A DNA stretch of 64,000 nucleotides. Origin: Planctomycetota bacterium (lineage in GTDB: Bacteria > Planctomycetota > PLA2 > JAEUHO01). The position numbers were made by a program, and so were the translations under genes. The notes beneath the pieces were generated by a model. It was not told the origin of the DNA. It saw only the letters and a list, made by a program, of their open reading frames with translations, and ran no database searches. The stretch lies in contig JBFWRP010000019.1 in NCBI GenBank assembly GCA_050248855.1, positions 1 through 64,000 on the forward strand, given 5' to 3'. Shown piece after piece: positions 47,426 through 56,848 of this stretch. Each line of letters starts with the position of its first letter. Position 1 is the first letter of the stretch.

Positions 47426-48214
47426 GTGCGTCGTCTCCCCCTCGTCCTCGCCCCGCTCCTGCTCCTCCTGCCCTCGTGCGGCGGGGGCGGCAGCTCCGCG
47501 GGCGGTCCCCCGGCCCCCCCGGCCAATGCCCAGCAGGTCGTGCAGGACATCGTCACGGGCTGCGTCGCGTCCAGCCTCGACCAGGTCTTGGCGCTGCGCA
47601 CCGTGCTGGAAGCCGCCGCCGCCGGTGGTCAGACGCCGGACTTCCGTACCACCGGCGTGAGCCTGGCCAACCCGTCCCAGCCGGCCGTGACCTGGGCGGG
47701 TGACCTCGACGGCGACATGATCGACGACGTCACGGGCACGTCGCGCCTGGGCGGGCTCACCCTGCTCCAGATGGCGGCGTTGGTGGCCCAGCTCTCGGCG
47801 CCCGGGGCCGACCTCCAAGCCGTCCTCGCGGCCCTGCCCACCGGGACCACCGTGGACTCGGACTTCGTGGCGACGCAGTCCGGTCTCCAGGCCGCGGGCG
47901 ACGTGCTGATCGTGCTTGCCAACCCGACGGGCGCGCAGCCGCTTCCCGACACCACGACGGGCAGCATCGTCACGGACGATGGCATGTGCGAAGTCACGTG
48001 GTCGTGGACGCAGCTGACCGTGGCGGCGCTGTTCCAGGGGCCCTACCCCGTGGCCGACCTCGACGTGGCGATCGCCGCGCCGACGGGCAACGTCACGGGC
48101 GTCCTGCACATGGACGGCACGTCCACGGCGCTGCTGGAGACCCGCCTGCTGCCCAGCGGCTTCGAGAGCGACTTCTCGCTCGACCTCGACACGGGGGTCC
48201 TGACCCCACTCTGA
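47426..48214 (+). CDS. Lipoprotein of unknown function (in frame with the CDF ORF)
   Basis: GGAGG RBS, GTG at 47426, signal RRLPLVLAPLLLLLPSC followed by GGGG. Confidence 0.7.
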   Translation: MRRLPLVLAPLLLLLPSCGGGGSSAGGPPAPPANAQQVVQDIVTGCVASSLDQVLALRTVLEAAAAGGQTPDFRTTGVSLANPSQPAVTWAGDLDGDMIDDVTGTSRLGGLTLLQMAALVAQLSAPGADLQAVLAALPTGTTVDSDFVATQSGLQAAGDVLIVLANPTGAQPLPDTTTGSIVTDDGMCEVTWSWTQLTVAALFQGPYPVADLDVAIAAPTGNVTGVLHMDGTSTALLETRLLPSGFESDFSLDLDTGVLTPL

Positions 48215-48217
48215 CGA

Positions 48218-49729
48218 TCACGTGGTGGCGAGGCGGGCCAAGCTCGTCTCGCGGCCGAGGATCTCGAGCGATTCGAAGAGCGGCGGGCTCACCTTGCTGC
48301 CGGTGGTGGCCACCCGGACGGCCTGGAACAGCTCGCGCGGCTTCCAGCCGCTCTCGTCCACGACGGTGCGCAGCGTGGCCTCGATGCCAGCCAGCTCCCA
48401 CGCGGGCAGGGCCGCCAGGTGCTGGCGGGCCAGCGACAGCACGTCGTGGGTGGCGCCGGCATCGCGGCCCTTGGGCACGAGGTCTTCGGCCGACCAGTCC
48501 GTCTTGGTGCCGAGGAAGAAGCACCGCGCGAGCGAGGACCACTCGTCGAGCGTCTTGATGCGCTCTTGCGTGATGGGCACGGCCCGGCGCACGAGGTCGC
48601 GCAGCGCCTTGCCCTCGAGCCCCCCCTGGTCGCCGGCCCAGGCGTGCAGCGCGTCGTCGTGGCCAGGTCGCACGGGCGCCTCACGGGCCGCGCGGTACGC
48701 CACGTGGTCGACGATGCGAGCGGCGAGATCGTCGGCCGCCAGGCGGCGGATGTGTTCGCCATTGAGCCACGTCAGCTTCTCCAGGTCGAAGACGGGGCCG
48801 GACGTGGAGATGCGCGAGGCGTCGTACGTGGCCTCGAGCTCGGCCCGCGTGAAGACCTCACGGCCGTCGGGCAGGCTGTAGCCCATCAGCGCGAGGAAGT
48901 TGATCATCGCCTCCGGCAGGAAACCGTTCTCCTTGTACCAGATGAGCGATGTCGGGTTCTTGCGCTTGCTGATCTTGGAGCGGTCGCTGTTGCGCAAGAG
49001 CGGCATGTGGCGGAAGCGCGGTGCCTCCCAGCCAAAGGCCTCGTAGAGCAGCACGTGCTTGGGCGTGCTCGTGATCCACTCCTCCGCACGGATCACCTCC
49101 GTCACCTCCATCAGGTGGTCGTCGACCACGTTGGCGAGGTGGTAGGTGGGGAAGCCGTCGGACTTCAGCAGGACCTGGTCGTCGATCGTGCGGCCCTCGA
49201 TCTCGATGGGGCCGCGCAGCTCGTCGTGGAAGCGGATGGTGCGATCCTTGGGGACCTTCAGGCGCACGGTGAAGGGGAGGCCGTCGTCGAGGTTCTTGGC
49301 GATGTCCTCGGGGAGCAGGCTGCGGCACAGGCCGTCGTAGCCCGGCGGCGCCTTGCGGGCGCGTTGCTGATGGCGCATCTCCGTCAGGCGCTCCTCGGAG
49401 CAGAAGCAGCGGTAGGCCGTTCCATTTTCGAGCAGCTTCTGGACGTGGTCCCGGTAGATGGCCGTGCGCTCGCTCTGGCGGTAGGGACCGTTGGGGCCGC
49501 CCACGTCGGGTCCCTCGTCGTAGCCTAGGCCCAGCCAGTGCAGGGCCTCGATGATCTGCGCCTCCGATGTGGCGTCGTAACGCGTCTGGTCGGTGTCCTC
49601 GATGCGCAGGATGAAGCGCCCGCCCGTCGAACGGGCGGCCAGGAGGTCGAACAGCGCGATGTAGGCCGTCCCGACGTGGGGATCCCCCGTCGGGCTGGGC
49701 GCGACGCGGGTGACGGCGGGCGTGGTCAT
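48218..49729 (-). CDS. gltX: Glutamate--tRNA ligase
   Basis: RVAPSPTGDPHVG, LRIEDTD, PTYHLANVVDD, KISKR, anticodon domain. Confidence 0.96.
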   Translation of the reverse strand: MTTPAVTRVAPSPTGDPHVGTAYIALFDLLAARSTGGRFILRIEDTDQTRYDATSEAQIIEALHWLGLGYDEGPDVGGPNGPYRQSERTAIYRDHVQKLLENGTAYRCFCSEERLTEMRHQQRARKAPPGYDGLCRSLLPEDIAKNLDDGLPFTVRLKVPKDRTIRFHDELRGPIEIEGRTIDDQVLLKSDGFPTYHLANVVDDHLMEVTEVIRAEEWITSTPKHVLLYEAFGWEAPRFRHMPLLRNSDRSKISKRKNPTSLIWYKENGFLPEAMINFLALMGYSLPDGREVFTRAELEATYDASRISTSGPVFDLEKLTWLNGEHIRRLAADDLAARIVDHVAYRAAREAPVRPGHDDALHAWAGDQGGLEGKALRDLVRRAVPITQERIKTLDEWSSLARCFFLGTKTDWSAEDLVPKGRDAGATHDVLSLARQHLAALPAWELAGIEATLRTVVDESGWKPRELFQAVRVATTGSKVSPPLFESLEILGRETSLARLATT

Positions 49730-49769
49730 GGCAGGCTCCGGACGAAGGGGCGCGCCATGCTACGTTCCG

Positions 49770-50585
49770 ATGGCGATGGACCACGACGTCGGCCTCGAGG
49801 CCCTGGACGACAGCCCGCCTCCGGTGGAGGGCGGCGTCATCGCCGGCCGCGCCCAGGACTTCGAGGGCTTGCCGCTGGTCGGTGTACGCGTGGAGGCCGC
49901 GGCGTCGGGCGACGAGAGCAGCCTCGATGCCCTGCCCGTGCTCACCGATGGCGAGGGGGCGTTCCGTTTGGAGGGCCTCGTCGCCCACGCCTACGACCTG
50001 CGCTTCGCCATGGGCACCGTCAAGGCGCGCGTGCTCGGCGTGCCCATCGGCAAGGAAGACCTGGCCGTCCGGTTGGCGCGCCCCCAGGGCTTCGTCGTGG
50101 ACGCGCGCGTGCGACCGGGCGATACGCCGCCCGAGGTCCTGCACCTCCAGCTGGAGCGCCGAGGGAAGGACGGCTGGGTGCGCGAACACGTCGGGCGTTC
50201 GCTGCGCAAGCGCCTGCTGCTGTGGAACCTCCGGCCCGGCACCTACCGCCTGTTCGCATGGGCCCCGCCCTGGCGCCCCGTGCTGGTGGAGGGCATCGAC
50301 GTCAAGGACCTCGAGGCCGCGCGCGACGTGGTCCTGGACCTGGCCGCGCGCGGGGAGCGGCTGGCGGGCACGCTGCTCGGCCCGGACGGCCAGCCTGCCT
50401 CCGGCGAGCTCACCTGGCGCCGCGACGACGGCGGCGTTGACCTGCCGCTGCCGTTTCGCAGCGTCTCCGTGGGGGACGACGGACGCTGGCGTGTGGAGGG
50501 GCTGATGCCCGGGCGGTACGTGGTCTCCGCCGTCACCGACGGAGGCCACGTACACGTCGAGGCCATGTCCACTACGGCGTCGTGA
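49770..50585 (+). CDS. Carboxypeptidase-regulatory-like (beta-sandwich repeat) protein
   Basis: TDGEGAFRLEGL, NLRPGTYRL, GPDGQP..DDGRWRVEGLMPGRYVV. Confidence 0.72.
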   Translation: MAMDHDVGLEALDDSPPPVEGGVIAGRAQDFEGLPLVGVRVEAAASGDESSLDALPVLTDGEGAFRLEGLVAHAYDLRFAMGTVKARVLGVPIGKEDLAVRLARPQGFVVDARVRPGDTPPEVLHLQLERRGKDGWVREHVGRSLRKRLLLWNLRPGTYRLFAWAPPWRPVLVEGIDVKDLEAARDVVLDLAARGERLAGTLLGPDGQPASGELTWRRDDGGVDLPLPFRSVSVGDDGRWRVEGLMPGRYVVSAVTDGGHVHVEAMSTTAS

Positions 50586-51918
50586 TCCTCAGCACCACGC
50601 CCGTCGTGCCGGCCGGAGCCGTCGAGTCGGCCCCGAGTGCGTAGAGCTCACCCGCCTCGTCCTTGCCGATTCCCAGCAGCACGCGACCGAAGCCGAGCGG
50701 GGCGCCGTCGATCTGCATGACGAGCCGCGTCCAGGCGAAGGCGCCCGTCGTGGGGGCGTGGAACAGCTGCCCGCTGGCGCCGAAGTCCTTGCTGAAGTCG
50801 CCGAACACGTACTGGCCCGCCAGACCGGGGACGGCACTGCCGCGGTAGACGTGACCGCCCACCACGGCGAGGCCCACACCGTGGTCGTACACGAGCACGG
50901 GATCGAGCAGCGGCTCGCCTCCCGCGCCCGTCGTGGCGCAGCTCGCCGGCGGCACGCTCGGTGCCAGGGGATCGAAGCACGAGAAGCCCTCGCGCGTCAC
51001 CCAGCCGTAGTTGCCACCCTTGACGACGACGTCGATCTCCTCGAACTCCGCTTGGCCTACGTCGCCGACCACCAGGGCGCCCGTGCCACCGGGCCCGTCG
51101 TCGAACGAGAACCGGTACGGGTTGCGGAAGCCGAACGCGTAGATCTCGTCCCGCCCGGGCAGGCCGACGAACGGGTTGTCGGGAGGGATCGCGTAGGCCA
51201 GCCCCGGCGCCGGTGCCGCGTCGACGTCCAAGCGCAGCATCGAGCCCAGGAGCGTGGACGTGTCCTGACCGTTCCCCAGGGCACCGTGCGACGGCGGGTT
51301 GTCGGCGAGGCCGTCATGGGCACCGCCTCCGTCGCCGAGGCCCACGTACAGGTAGCCATCGGGCCCGAACGCGACGTGGCCGCCGTCGTGGTTGAACTGC
51401 GGCTCGTCCACCACGAGCAACACGACCTCGCTGGCGGCGTCGGCAACGTTGTTCGTCGTGGGGTCCCCCGCGACGTGGAACTCCGAGAGCACCTCGCTGT
51501 GGCAGCCCCGCGACGTGCCGAAGCACGGCTCGCCGCTGACCCCCGGCCGCGGCGCGCTGTAGCGGACGAAGAAGCGCCCGTTGGTGGCGAACTGGGGATG
51601 GAACGCGAGCCCCAGGAGCCCGCGCTCGTCGTAGCTCGCGCCCAGGGGCGTGATCGCCGCCGAGAGGTCGAGGAAGGGCGCGGGCAGCAGGGTGCCGCCC
51701 GCGTCGATGATGCGGATGCGCCCGACCTGCTCCACGACAAAGCGACGACCGGACGTATCGCCAGCGTGGGTGAGCAGGACGGGCGCGGAAAGACCCGTGG
51801 CCACGGGCTCCAGGGCCACGGTGACGGGGGTAGGAGGGACGGGTGCGGGCCCGCCGCCTCCTCCCCCACCACACGCGGCGAGGAAGCCTGCCAAGAACGC
51901 GAGCGCTTGGCGGCGCAT
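50572..51918 (-). CDS. PQQ-dependent glucose/sorbosone dehydrogenase family lipoprotein
   Basis: LAAC lipobox; ERGLLGLAFHP, NHDGGHVAFGPDGYLY, FGFRNPYRFSFD, GGNYGW. Confidence 0.9.
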   Translation of the reverse strand: MRRQALAFLAGFLAACGGGGGGGPAPVPPTPVTVALEPVATGLSAPVLLTHAGDTSGRRFVVEQVGRIRIIDAGGTLLPAPFLDLSAAITPLGASYDERGLLGLAFHPQFATNGRFFVRYSAPRPGVSGEPCFGTSRGCHSEVLSEFHVAGDPTTNNVADAASEVVLLVVDEPQFNHDGGHVAFGPDGYLYVGLGDGGGAHDGLADNPPSHGALGNGQDTSTLLGSMLRLDVDAAPAPGLAYAIPPDNPFVGLPGRDEIYAFGFRNPYRFSFDDGPGGTGALVVGDVGQAEFEEIDVVVKGGNYGWVTREGFSCFDPLAPSVPPASCATTGAGGEPLLDPVLVYDHGVGLAVVGGHVYRGSAVPGLAGQYVFGDFSKDFGASGQLFHAPTTGAFAWTRLVMQIDGAPLGFGRVLLGIGKDEAGELYALGADSTAPAGTTGVVLRITTP

Positions 51919-51919
51919 G

Positions 51920-54646
51920 TCACTCGAGGACCGTGATCACGACGGTCGCCTGCGTGCTGCCGGACGCGTTCGAAGCCGTGATGGTGTAGGTCGTCTGGTC
52001 GCTGGCCGTGGTCGGCGCGCCGCCGATGGAGCCGTTGGACGTGTTCAGGGCGATGCCGGCTGGGAGCGCGGGGGAGATCGACCACGAGGTGATCGCACCA
52101 CCGCTCGCGCTTGGCTCCATCGTGGTGATGGTCTGCGTGCTCCAGTAGCCGATGGCGGGCGTGTTGGAGTAGCTCAGGCCCGTCGGGGCCCCGAGCGTCA
52201 CCGTCAGGGTCAGGGTGGCCTGCGTGCTACCGGCCGAGTTGGAGGCGGTGATCGTGTACGTGGCCTGGGCCGTGATGACCGTCGGCGTTCCCGTGATGAC
52301 GCCCGTGGACGTGTTGAAGGAAAGCCCCGTCGGGAGCGCCGGGCTGATGGCCCACGACTGGACCGTGCCCGTGACCGTCGGGTTGTTCGCCGTGATCTGG
52401 TAGCCCGTCGGGTAGCTCGCCGGGTTCGTGCCGTAGGACAGGTTGCTCGGGGCCGTCAGGCCGGGCACGACCTCCAACGAGATCGTGGCCTGCGTGGACC
52501 CCGCCGCATTCGTGCCCGTCACCGTGTACGTGGCCGCCGTCGCCAGCGCGGTCGGGGTGCCCGTGATGACGCCCGACGACGTGTTCAGCGACAGACCCGC
52601 CGGCAGCGCCGGGCTGATGCCGTAGGAGGCAATCAGACCGCCCGTGCTGCTCGGCGTGTTCGCCGTGATCGCCTGGTTGATGACGTAGGACACTGGCGTG
52701 CTGTACGTCAGGCCAGCGGGCGCCGCCACGTTGACGGTGATCATCAGCGTGGTCTGCGCACTGCCCGCCGAGTTCGATGCGGTCACCGTGAACGACGTCT
52801 GGTTGATGGCGACCAGGGGCGTGCCCGAGATGATGCCCGTGATGGGGCTGAGCGTCAGGCCGTTGGGCAAGGGCGGCGAGACCGTCCAGAGCTCCACGGC
52901 GCCGCCGCCCACCGTGGGCACGTTGGGCGTGATGGCCACGGTCGTCGTGTAGGTCGGGTTCTGCGCGCTGTAGGTGAGCCCGTTCGGAGGGATGTCCCCC
53001 GTCAGCTCCGCGCACTGACCGCGCGCCAAGCCGGCGGGCGCCGTGCTCGTGTGCATGTTGGCGTAGAAGTGCTGGGGGGAGGCCATCATGCGCGCGAAGG
53101 TGCGGCCCGTGAGTGTCGTGCTGCCCGTCATCGCATTGCCGCTCGCGTCCAGGTCGGGAGCCCCCATGAGGTCGATCAGGACCGAGCCATCGACGCCAGC
53201 AGCACCATTGTGGATGTGCAGCGCCGTCAGGTCGCTGACCGTGGGGTTGCTCACCTGGAGCGTGAACGAACAGTGGAAGATGTCCGTGAACGTGAGTGGG
53301 TTCAGCAGCGCAGCGGCGAACGGATCCACCACCGTCGTCTCTTCGGAACCCTCGAGGGACGCGATGAACCGCACGGGCTCTTGGCCGAGCTGGCCGCGTC
53401 CGATGCCGGAAGGCCACGAGAGCGTTCCCAGGTTCGCGTAGAAGGCCCCCGGGTTGCCCATCAGCCGGGCGAAGAGCGTGGGCGTGATCGCGAAGCTGCC
53501 CTCGGACGAGAAGGTGGGTGCGCTGACCGCGTAGTCGGCACCGGAGCGCAGGTCGACCACGGCCGGGCCGTCGACGCCCGCTGCGCCCTCGTGGATGTGC
53601 GCGGCCGCGAGCGCCCCGATGGCGTACTCCGGGTTGGCGGGAGGAACGACCGGCGTGGCGAGATGGACGCGGCCCACCGTAAGCGACTCGAGCTGGATCG
53701 TGACCCCCGCCCGGTAGTCGGCATCGATCACGATCGTGTTGTCCTCGCCGCGCACGGGTGTCCAGAGGTGCCCGGGCTCCCGGCCCAGCTGGCCGCGGGC
53801 CAGACCCTGCGGGGCAGCGAGGCTGCTCACGAGGACGTGGTACGCCGAGGGATCCAGCATGAGGCGCGTGACCACGTCGAACGTGAGGCTCGCCTGGGCC
53901 GTCAGCGTGCCGGCTGCCGCATTCTCGGTCGCCGTGTCCGCCGCCAGGTCCAGCACCGTGGCCCCGTCCACACCGGCGCCGCCCTCGACGATGGCCGCGG
54001 AAGTGATGTCGGCGATGCCCGGCGTGCCCATGGCGATCACCCAGGAGAGGACGCCGTCGGCCGCGATCTGGAACGTGGCGGCGCCGCGCGCGTCGGGGTT
54101 GGCCACCGTGGTGACCTCGGAGCCGTGCAGCACGGTCCACGCGGAGAGCGTCGAGAGCGCGGCGAGCTGCGCCCGCACGAGGCCTGCGGCGGCGCCTGTC
54201 GTGTGGATGTTCACGTAGAAGTCCGCCGGGCTGCTCGCGATTTCCTCGACCAGCGTGGCACTGGCGAACAGCGTGTCGCTCGCCGTGTGCGCGGCGTTCG
54301 CGAAGCTGGCCCCCTGCGCGAGGAGGTCGACCTCGATGCCGCCATCGACGCCGGGAGCGCCGCGGTGGATGTGCATGCCGGTGACGCCACCGGACCAGCC
54401 GGCCTCGGCCGTCGCCGCGAACACGATGCGTCCGTCGCTACGGAGCTCCATGGCCACGCTGCCTCGGGCGTCGGGGTCGACGACGGTCGTCTCGGCCGAT
54501 CCCAGCAGCACGGCGCCGAGACGCGCCAGGACCTCGACGTCCGGCGGGGGCGGTGCGCCGCCTCCACCCCCTCCGCCTCCGCATGCCGCCAGCGTCATCA
54601 GGGCCGACGCGATCGCCCACACTCGAACGGATTGCCACCGCACCAT
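51920..54646 (-). CDS. Lipoprotein with four CHRD domains and four putative Ig (He_PIG) domains
   Basis: LAAC+Gly8; four repeats of L.GS..T..HIH.G..G.DG..FY.N.HT..G..RGQL; four repeats of LP.GL.....G.I.GTP..ASN.AGS. Confidence 0.85.
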   Translation of the reverse strand: MVRWQSVRVWAIASALMTLAACGGGGGGGGAPPPPDVEVLARLGAVLLGSAETTVVDPDARGSVAMELRSDGRIVFAATAEAGWSGGVTGMHIHRGAPGVDGGIEVDLLAQGASFANAAHTASDTLFASATLVEEIASSPADFYVNIHTTGAAAGLVRAQLAALSTLSAWTVLHGSEVTTVANPDARGAATFQIAADGVLSWVIAMGTPGIADITSAAIVEGGAGVDGATVLDLAADTATENAAAGTLTAQASLTFDVVTRLMLDPSAYHVLVSSLAAPQGLARGQLGREPGHLWTPVRGEDNTIVIDADYRAGVTIQLESLTVGRVHLATPVVPPANPEYAIGALAAAHIHEGAAGVDGPAVVDLRSGADYAVSAPTFSSEGSFAITPTLFARLMGNPGAFYANLGTLSWPSGIGRGQLGQEPVRFIASLEGSEETTVVDPFAAALLNPLTFTDIFHCSFTLQVSNPTVSDLTALHIHNGAAGVDGSVLIDLMGAPDLDASGNAMTGSTTLTGRTFARMMASPQHFYANMHTSTAPAGLARGQCAELTGDIPPNGLTYSAQNPTYTTTVAITPNVPTVGGGAVELWTVSPPLPNGLTLSPITGIISGTPLVAINQTSFTVTASNSAGSAQTTLMITVNVAAPAGLTYSTPVSYVINQAITANTPSSTGGLIASYGISPALPAGLSLNTSSGVITGTPTALATAATYTVTGTNAAGSTQATISLEVVPGLTAPSNLSYGTNPASYPTGYQITANNPTVTGTVQSWAISPALPTGLSFNTSTGVITGTPTVITAQATYTITASNSAGSTQATLTLTVTLGAPTGLSYSNTPAIGYWSTQTITTMEPSASGGAITSWSISPALPAGIALNTSNGSIGGAPTTASDQTTYTITASNASGSTQATVVITVLE

Positions 54647-54708
54647 GGAACGTGCCTCCCGCCGCTCGCGGCGGCGTCGCCCGTTCCGTCGGCCCAGCCC
54701 CGGACCTG

Positions 54709-54737
54709 CTTGTGTCAGCAACTCTTGCATACACAAG
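54709..54737. promoter_or_regulatory. Imperfect palindrome CTTGTGT-ca-GCAA-ctc-TTGC-at-ACACAAG, candidate operator
   Basis: AT-richer inverted repeat between the divergent CHRD gene and the MarR gene. Confidence 0.4.
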
Positions 54738-54895
54738 GCGGACACAATGTGACCACCCAGGACCCTCGTTGCAACAGGTAAAAGGTCCCGGGTCCCCCGG
54801 GATGGAGGTCCCGGGACGTGGAATCCCGGACAACGGGCGGCCGCGGCCCGCTGGTTGCTTGGGCCGCCTCGTCGCCGCCCTACCCTCGGACCGCC

Positions 54896-55372
54896 ATGCC
54901 CCGAGAATCCAAGGTCCCGTCCGATGCCGAGCGCTGTGCCGAGGCGGCGCGGACCTGCGCCTGTTTCCACGTGCGCATGGCCGCCCGGAGCGTGACCCGG
55001 CTGTTCGACGAGGCCCTGCAGCCGGCGGGCTTGCGCTCGACCCAGTTCGTGCTCCTGGCCGCGATCCGGGCGATGGACGAGGTCACCCTGCCCCGGTTGG
55101 CAGCGGCGGTGTCGCTGGACCGCAGTGCCCTCACGAGGGCTCTTCGTCCCCTGGAGGCTTCCGACTGGGTGAAGCTCACGCCCGGGCCCAAGGGCCGCGC
55201 CACCACGGCGACCCTGACCGCCGCGGGCCGTCGCGTCGTCTCCAAGGCCATCCCGCTCTGGGAGGCGGCCCAGGCGCGGCTGGTGGAGGCGTTGTCACCG
55301 GCCTCGTGGGACGCGCTGCGTCAGGACTTCGACGGCGTGGCAGCTGCCGCCGACCGGCTGCTGACTTCCTAG
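54896..55372 (+). CDS. MarR family transcriptional regulator
   Basis: CACFHVRMAARSVTRLFDEALQPAGLRSTQF..LDRSALTRAL..LTAAGR. Confidence 0.9.
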   Translation: MPRESKVPSDAERCAEAARTCACFHVRMAARSVTRLFDEALQPAGLRSTQFVLLAAIRAMDEVTLPRLAAAVSLDRSALTRALRPLEASDWVKLTPGPKGRATTATLTAAGRRVVSKAIPLWEAAQARLVEALSPASWDALRQDFDGVAAAADRLLTS

Positions 55373-56838
55373 TCACTGGGTTCCTGGTCGCTGGGCGTGA
55401 TCGCGTAGAGGACGTACTCGCCCGCGTGGCCGAGCGGCACGACGGCCCCCAGCGTGCTGCCGAGGGAACGGAACGCGCGCTCGAGCCGCGGCTCCACGCA
55501 GAAGACGAGCCCCTGCTCGTGCTCGGCGAGCTCCTCGGCCAGGCCCTGGAGGCGGTGGTTGTCGTCGTCGGCTCCGGGAAACAGCCCGATGTGCTCCACC
55601 TCGCAATCCAGGTACATGCCAAGGGAGAGGTGGGGCTTGTTGAAGAAGATGACTTCTTCGGGCGACTCCGGGAGCGCGGCCACGAGCTCTCGCGCCAAGA
55701 CCCGTCCGTCGGCCGGCGAAGGGAACCACCGCATGCCGGCCAGACCGAGCGTGCCGGCCAGCACGAAGGCACCGACGACGATCGCGCTGCGCCCACCACG
55801 CAGCAGGGAATCCGGCGCGGCCCAGGCGGCCAGCAGCACGAGCGGTGGCATGGCCTGCAGCAGGTACAGCGGCAACCGGGATCCGGCCAGCGCCAAGGCA
55901 ACGACGACGACGAGAGCCCACGTCAGCAGGAACCCCGGCGGGGAGCTCGGCCCCCGGCGCGCCCGCCACGAGCGGCCGAGGCCCTTCCAAGCCCACGGAA
56001 ACCAGGGGAACGTCCCGAAGAGGACCAAGGGCGCGTACACGGTGAGGACGTAGACCGGGTTGTTGTTGCGCTTGTGGACACCCGACGCGATGCGCCCGAC
56101 CACCTCGTGCCCGATCCAGTGCCGCGCGATCTCGGGCTGCGCGATGCCGATGGCCGCGTACCAGCCCAGCCCCACGACGGCGAACAGCAGCAGGGCCCCA
56201 AGGTCACCCGTCCGGCGCAGGCCCTGGAAGCGCTCGGTGCCCAGCTGGTAGACGACGATGGCCAAGAGCGGGAGGAGGGCGGGTGGTCCCTTGGTGAGGA
56301 AGCCCAGCCCCAGGAAGAGCCACATCGCGCGGCGCCAACGGACGGGGCGGTCGGGGTCGAAGCGCCAGCGCAGGAATGCCACGCCTACGCCCGTGGTCCA
56401 GAGCGTCAACAGCGTGTCGGTCGTCACGATGTGGGCCCCGATGCGCGGGAACGCAGCAATCGAGTACAGGGCCATCGGCAGCCAAGGTCGATTCGACGTG
56501 ACACGCTTCCCCGCGGCCAGCAGCAGGAACAGCGTGCCGACGAACGCCAGTGTGTTGGGCAGGCGGGCCGCCCACTCGTGACGGCCGAACACGGCGAAGC
56601 TCGCCGCCAGCGTCCAGTACGTCAGCGGCGGCTTGGTGTAGTGGGGCGTCTCATGGTGGAGGTGGGGGTGCCACCAGTCGCCGGTCTCGAGCATCTGCAG
56701 TGCCACCGCTGCGTACCGACCCTCATCGGGTCGGTAGAGGCCGCGCATGCCCTGCACGAGCAGGCCGGCCAACAGGCCCACGCCGACCATCAGCATCACG
56801 TGTCGACCGGGGCGCAGGAGCGGTTCAGCCGCGTTCAC
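55369..56838 (-). CDS. ArnT-like GT-C glycosyltransferase
   Basis: PDEGRYA, KPPLTYW, AARLP, LGFLTKGP; multiple TMs. Confidence 0.88.
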   Translation of the reverse strand: MNAAEPLLRPGRHVMLMVGVGLLAGLLVQGMRGLYRPDEGRYAAVALQMLETGDWWHPHLHHETPHYTKPPLTYWTLAASFAVFGRHEWAARLPNTLAFVGTLFLLLAAGKRVTSNRPWLPMALYSIAAFPRIGAHIVTTDTLLTLWTTGVGVAFLRWRFDPDRPVRWRRAMWLFLGLGFLTKGPPALLPLLAIVVYQLGTERFQGLRRTGDLGALLLFAVVGLGWYAAIGIAQPEIARHWIGHEVVGRIASGVHKRNNNPVYVLTVYAPLVLFGTFPWFPWAWKGLGRSWRARRGPSSPPGFLLTWALVVVVALALAGSRLPLYLLQAMPPLVLLAAWAAPDSLLRGGRSAIVVGAFVLAGTLGLAGMRWFPSPADGRVLARELVAALPESPEEVIFFNKPHLSLGMYLDCEVEHIGLFPGADDDNHRLQGLAEELAEHEQGLVFCVEPRLERAFRSLGSTLGAVVPLGHAGEYVLYAITPSDQEPSD

Positions 56839-56848
56839 GGCGGAGACG

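Noticed and set aside
51920..53000. Repeated DNA segments as a CRISPR or non-coding repeat array
   Set aside because: They are coding Ig-domain repeats with no identical direct repeats or spacers
51650..54781. 1043-aa plus-strand Arg-rich ORF
   Set aside because: Shadow of the CHRD/Ig gene
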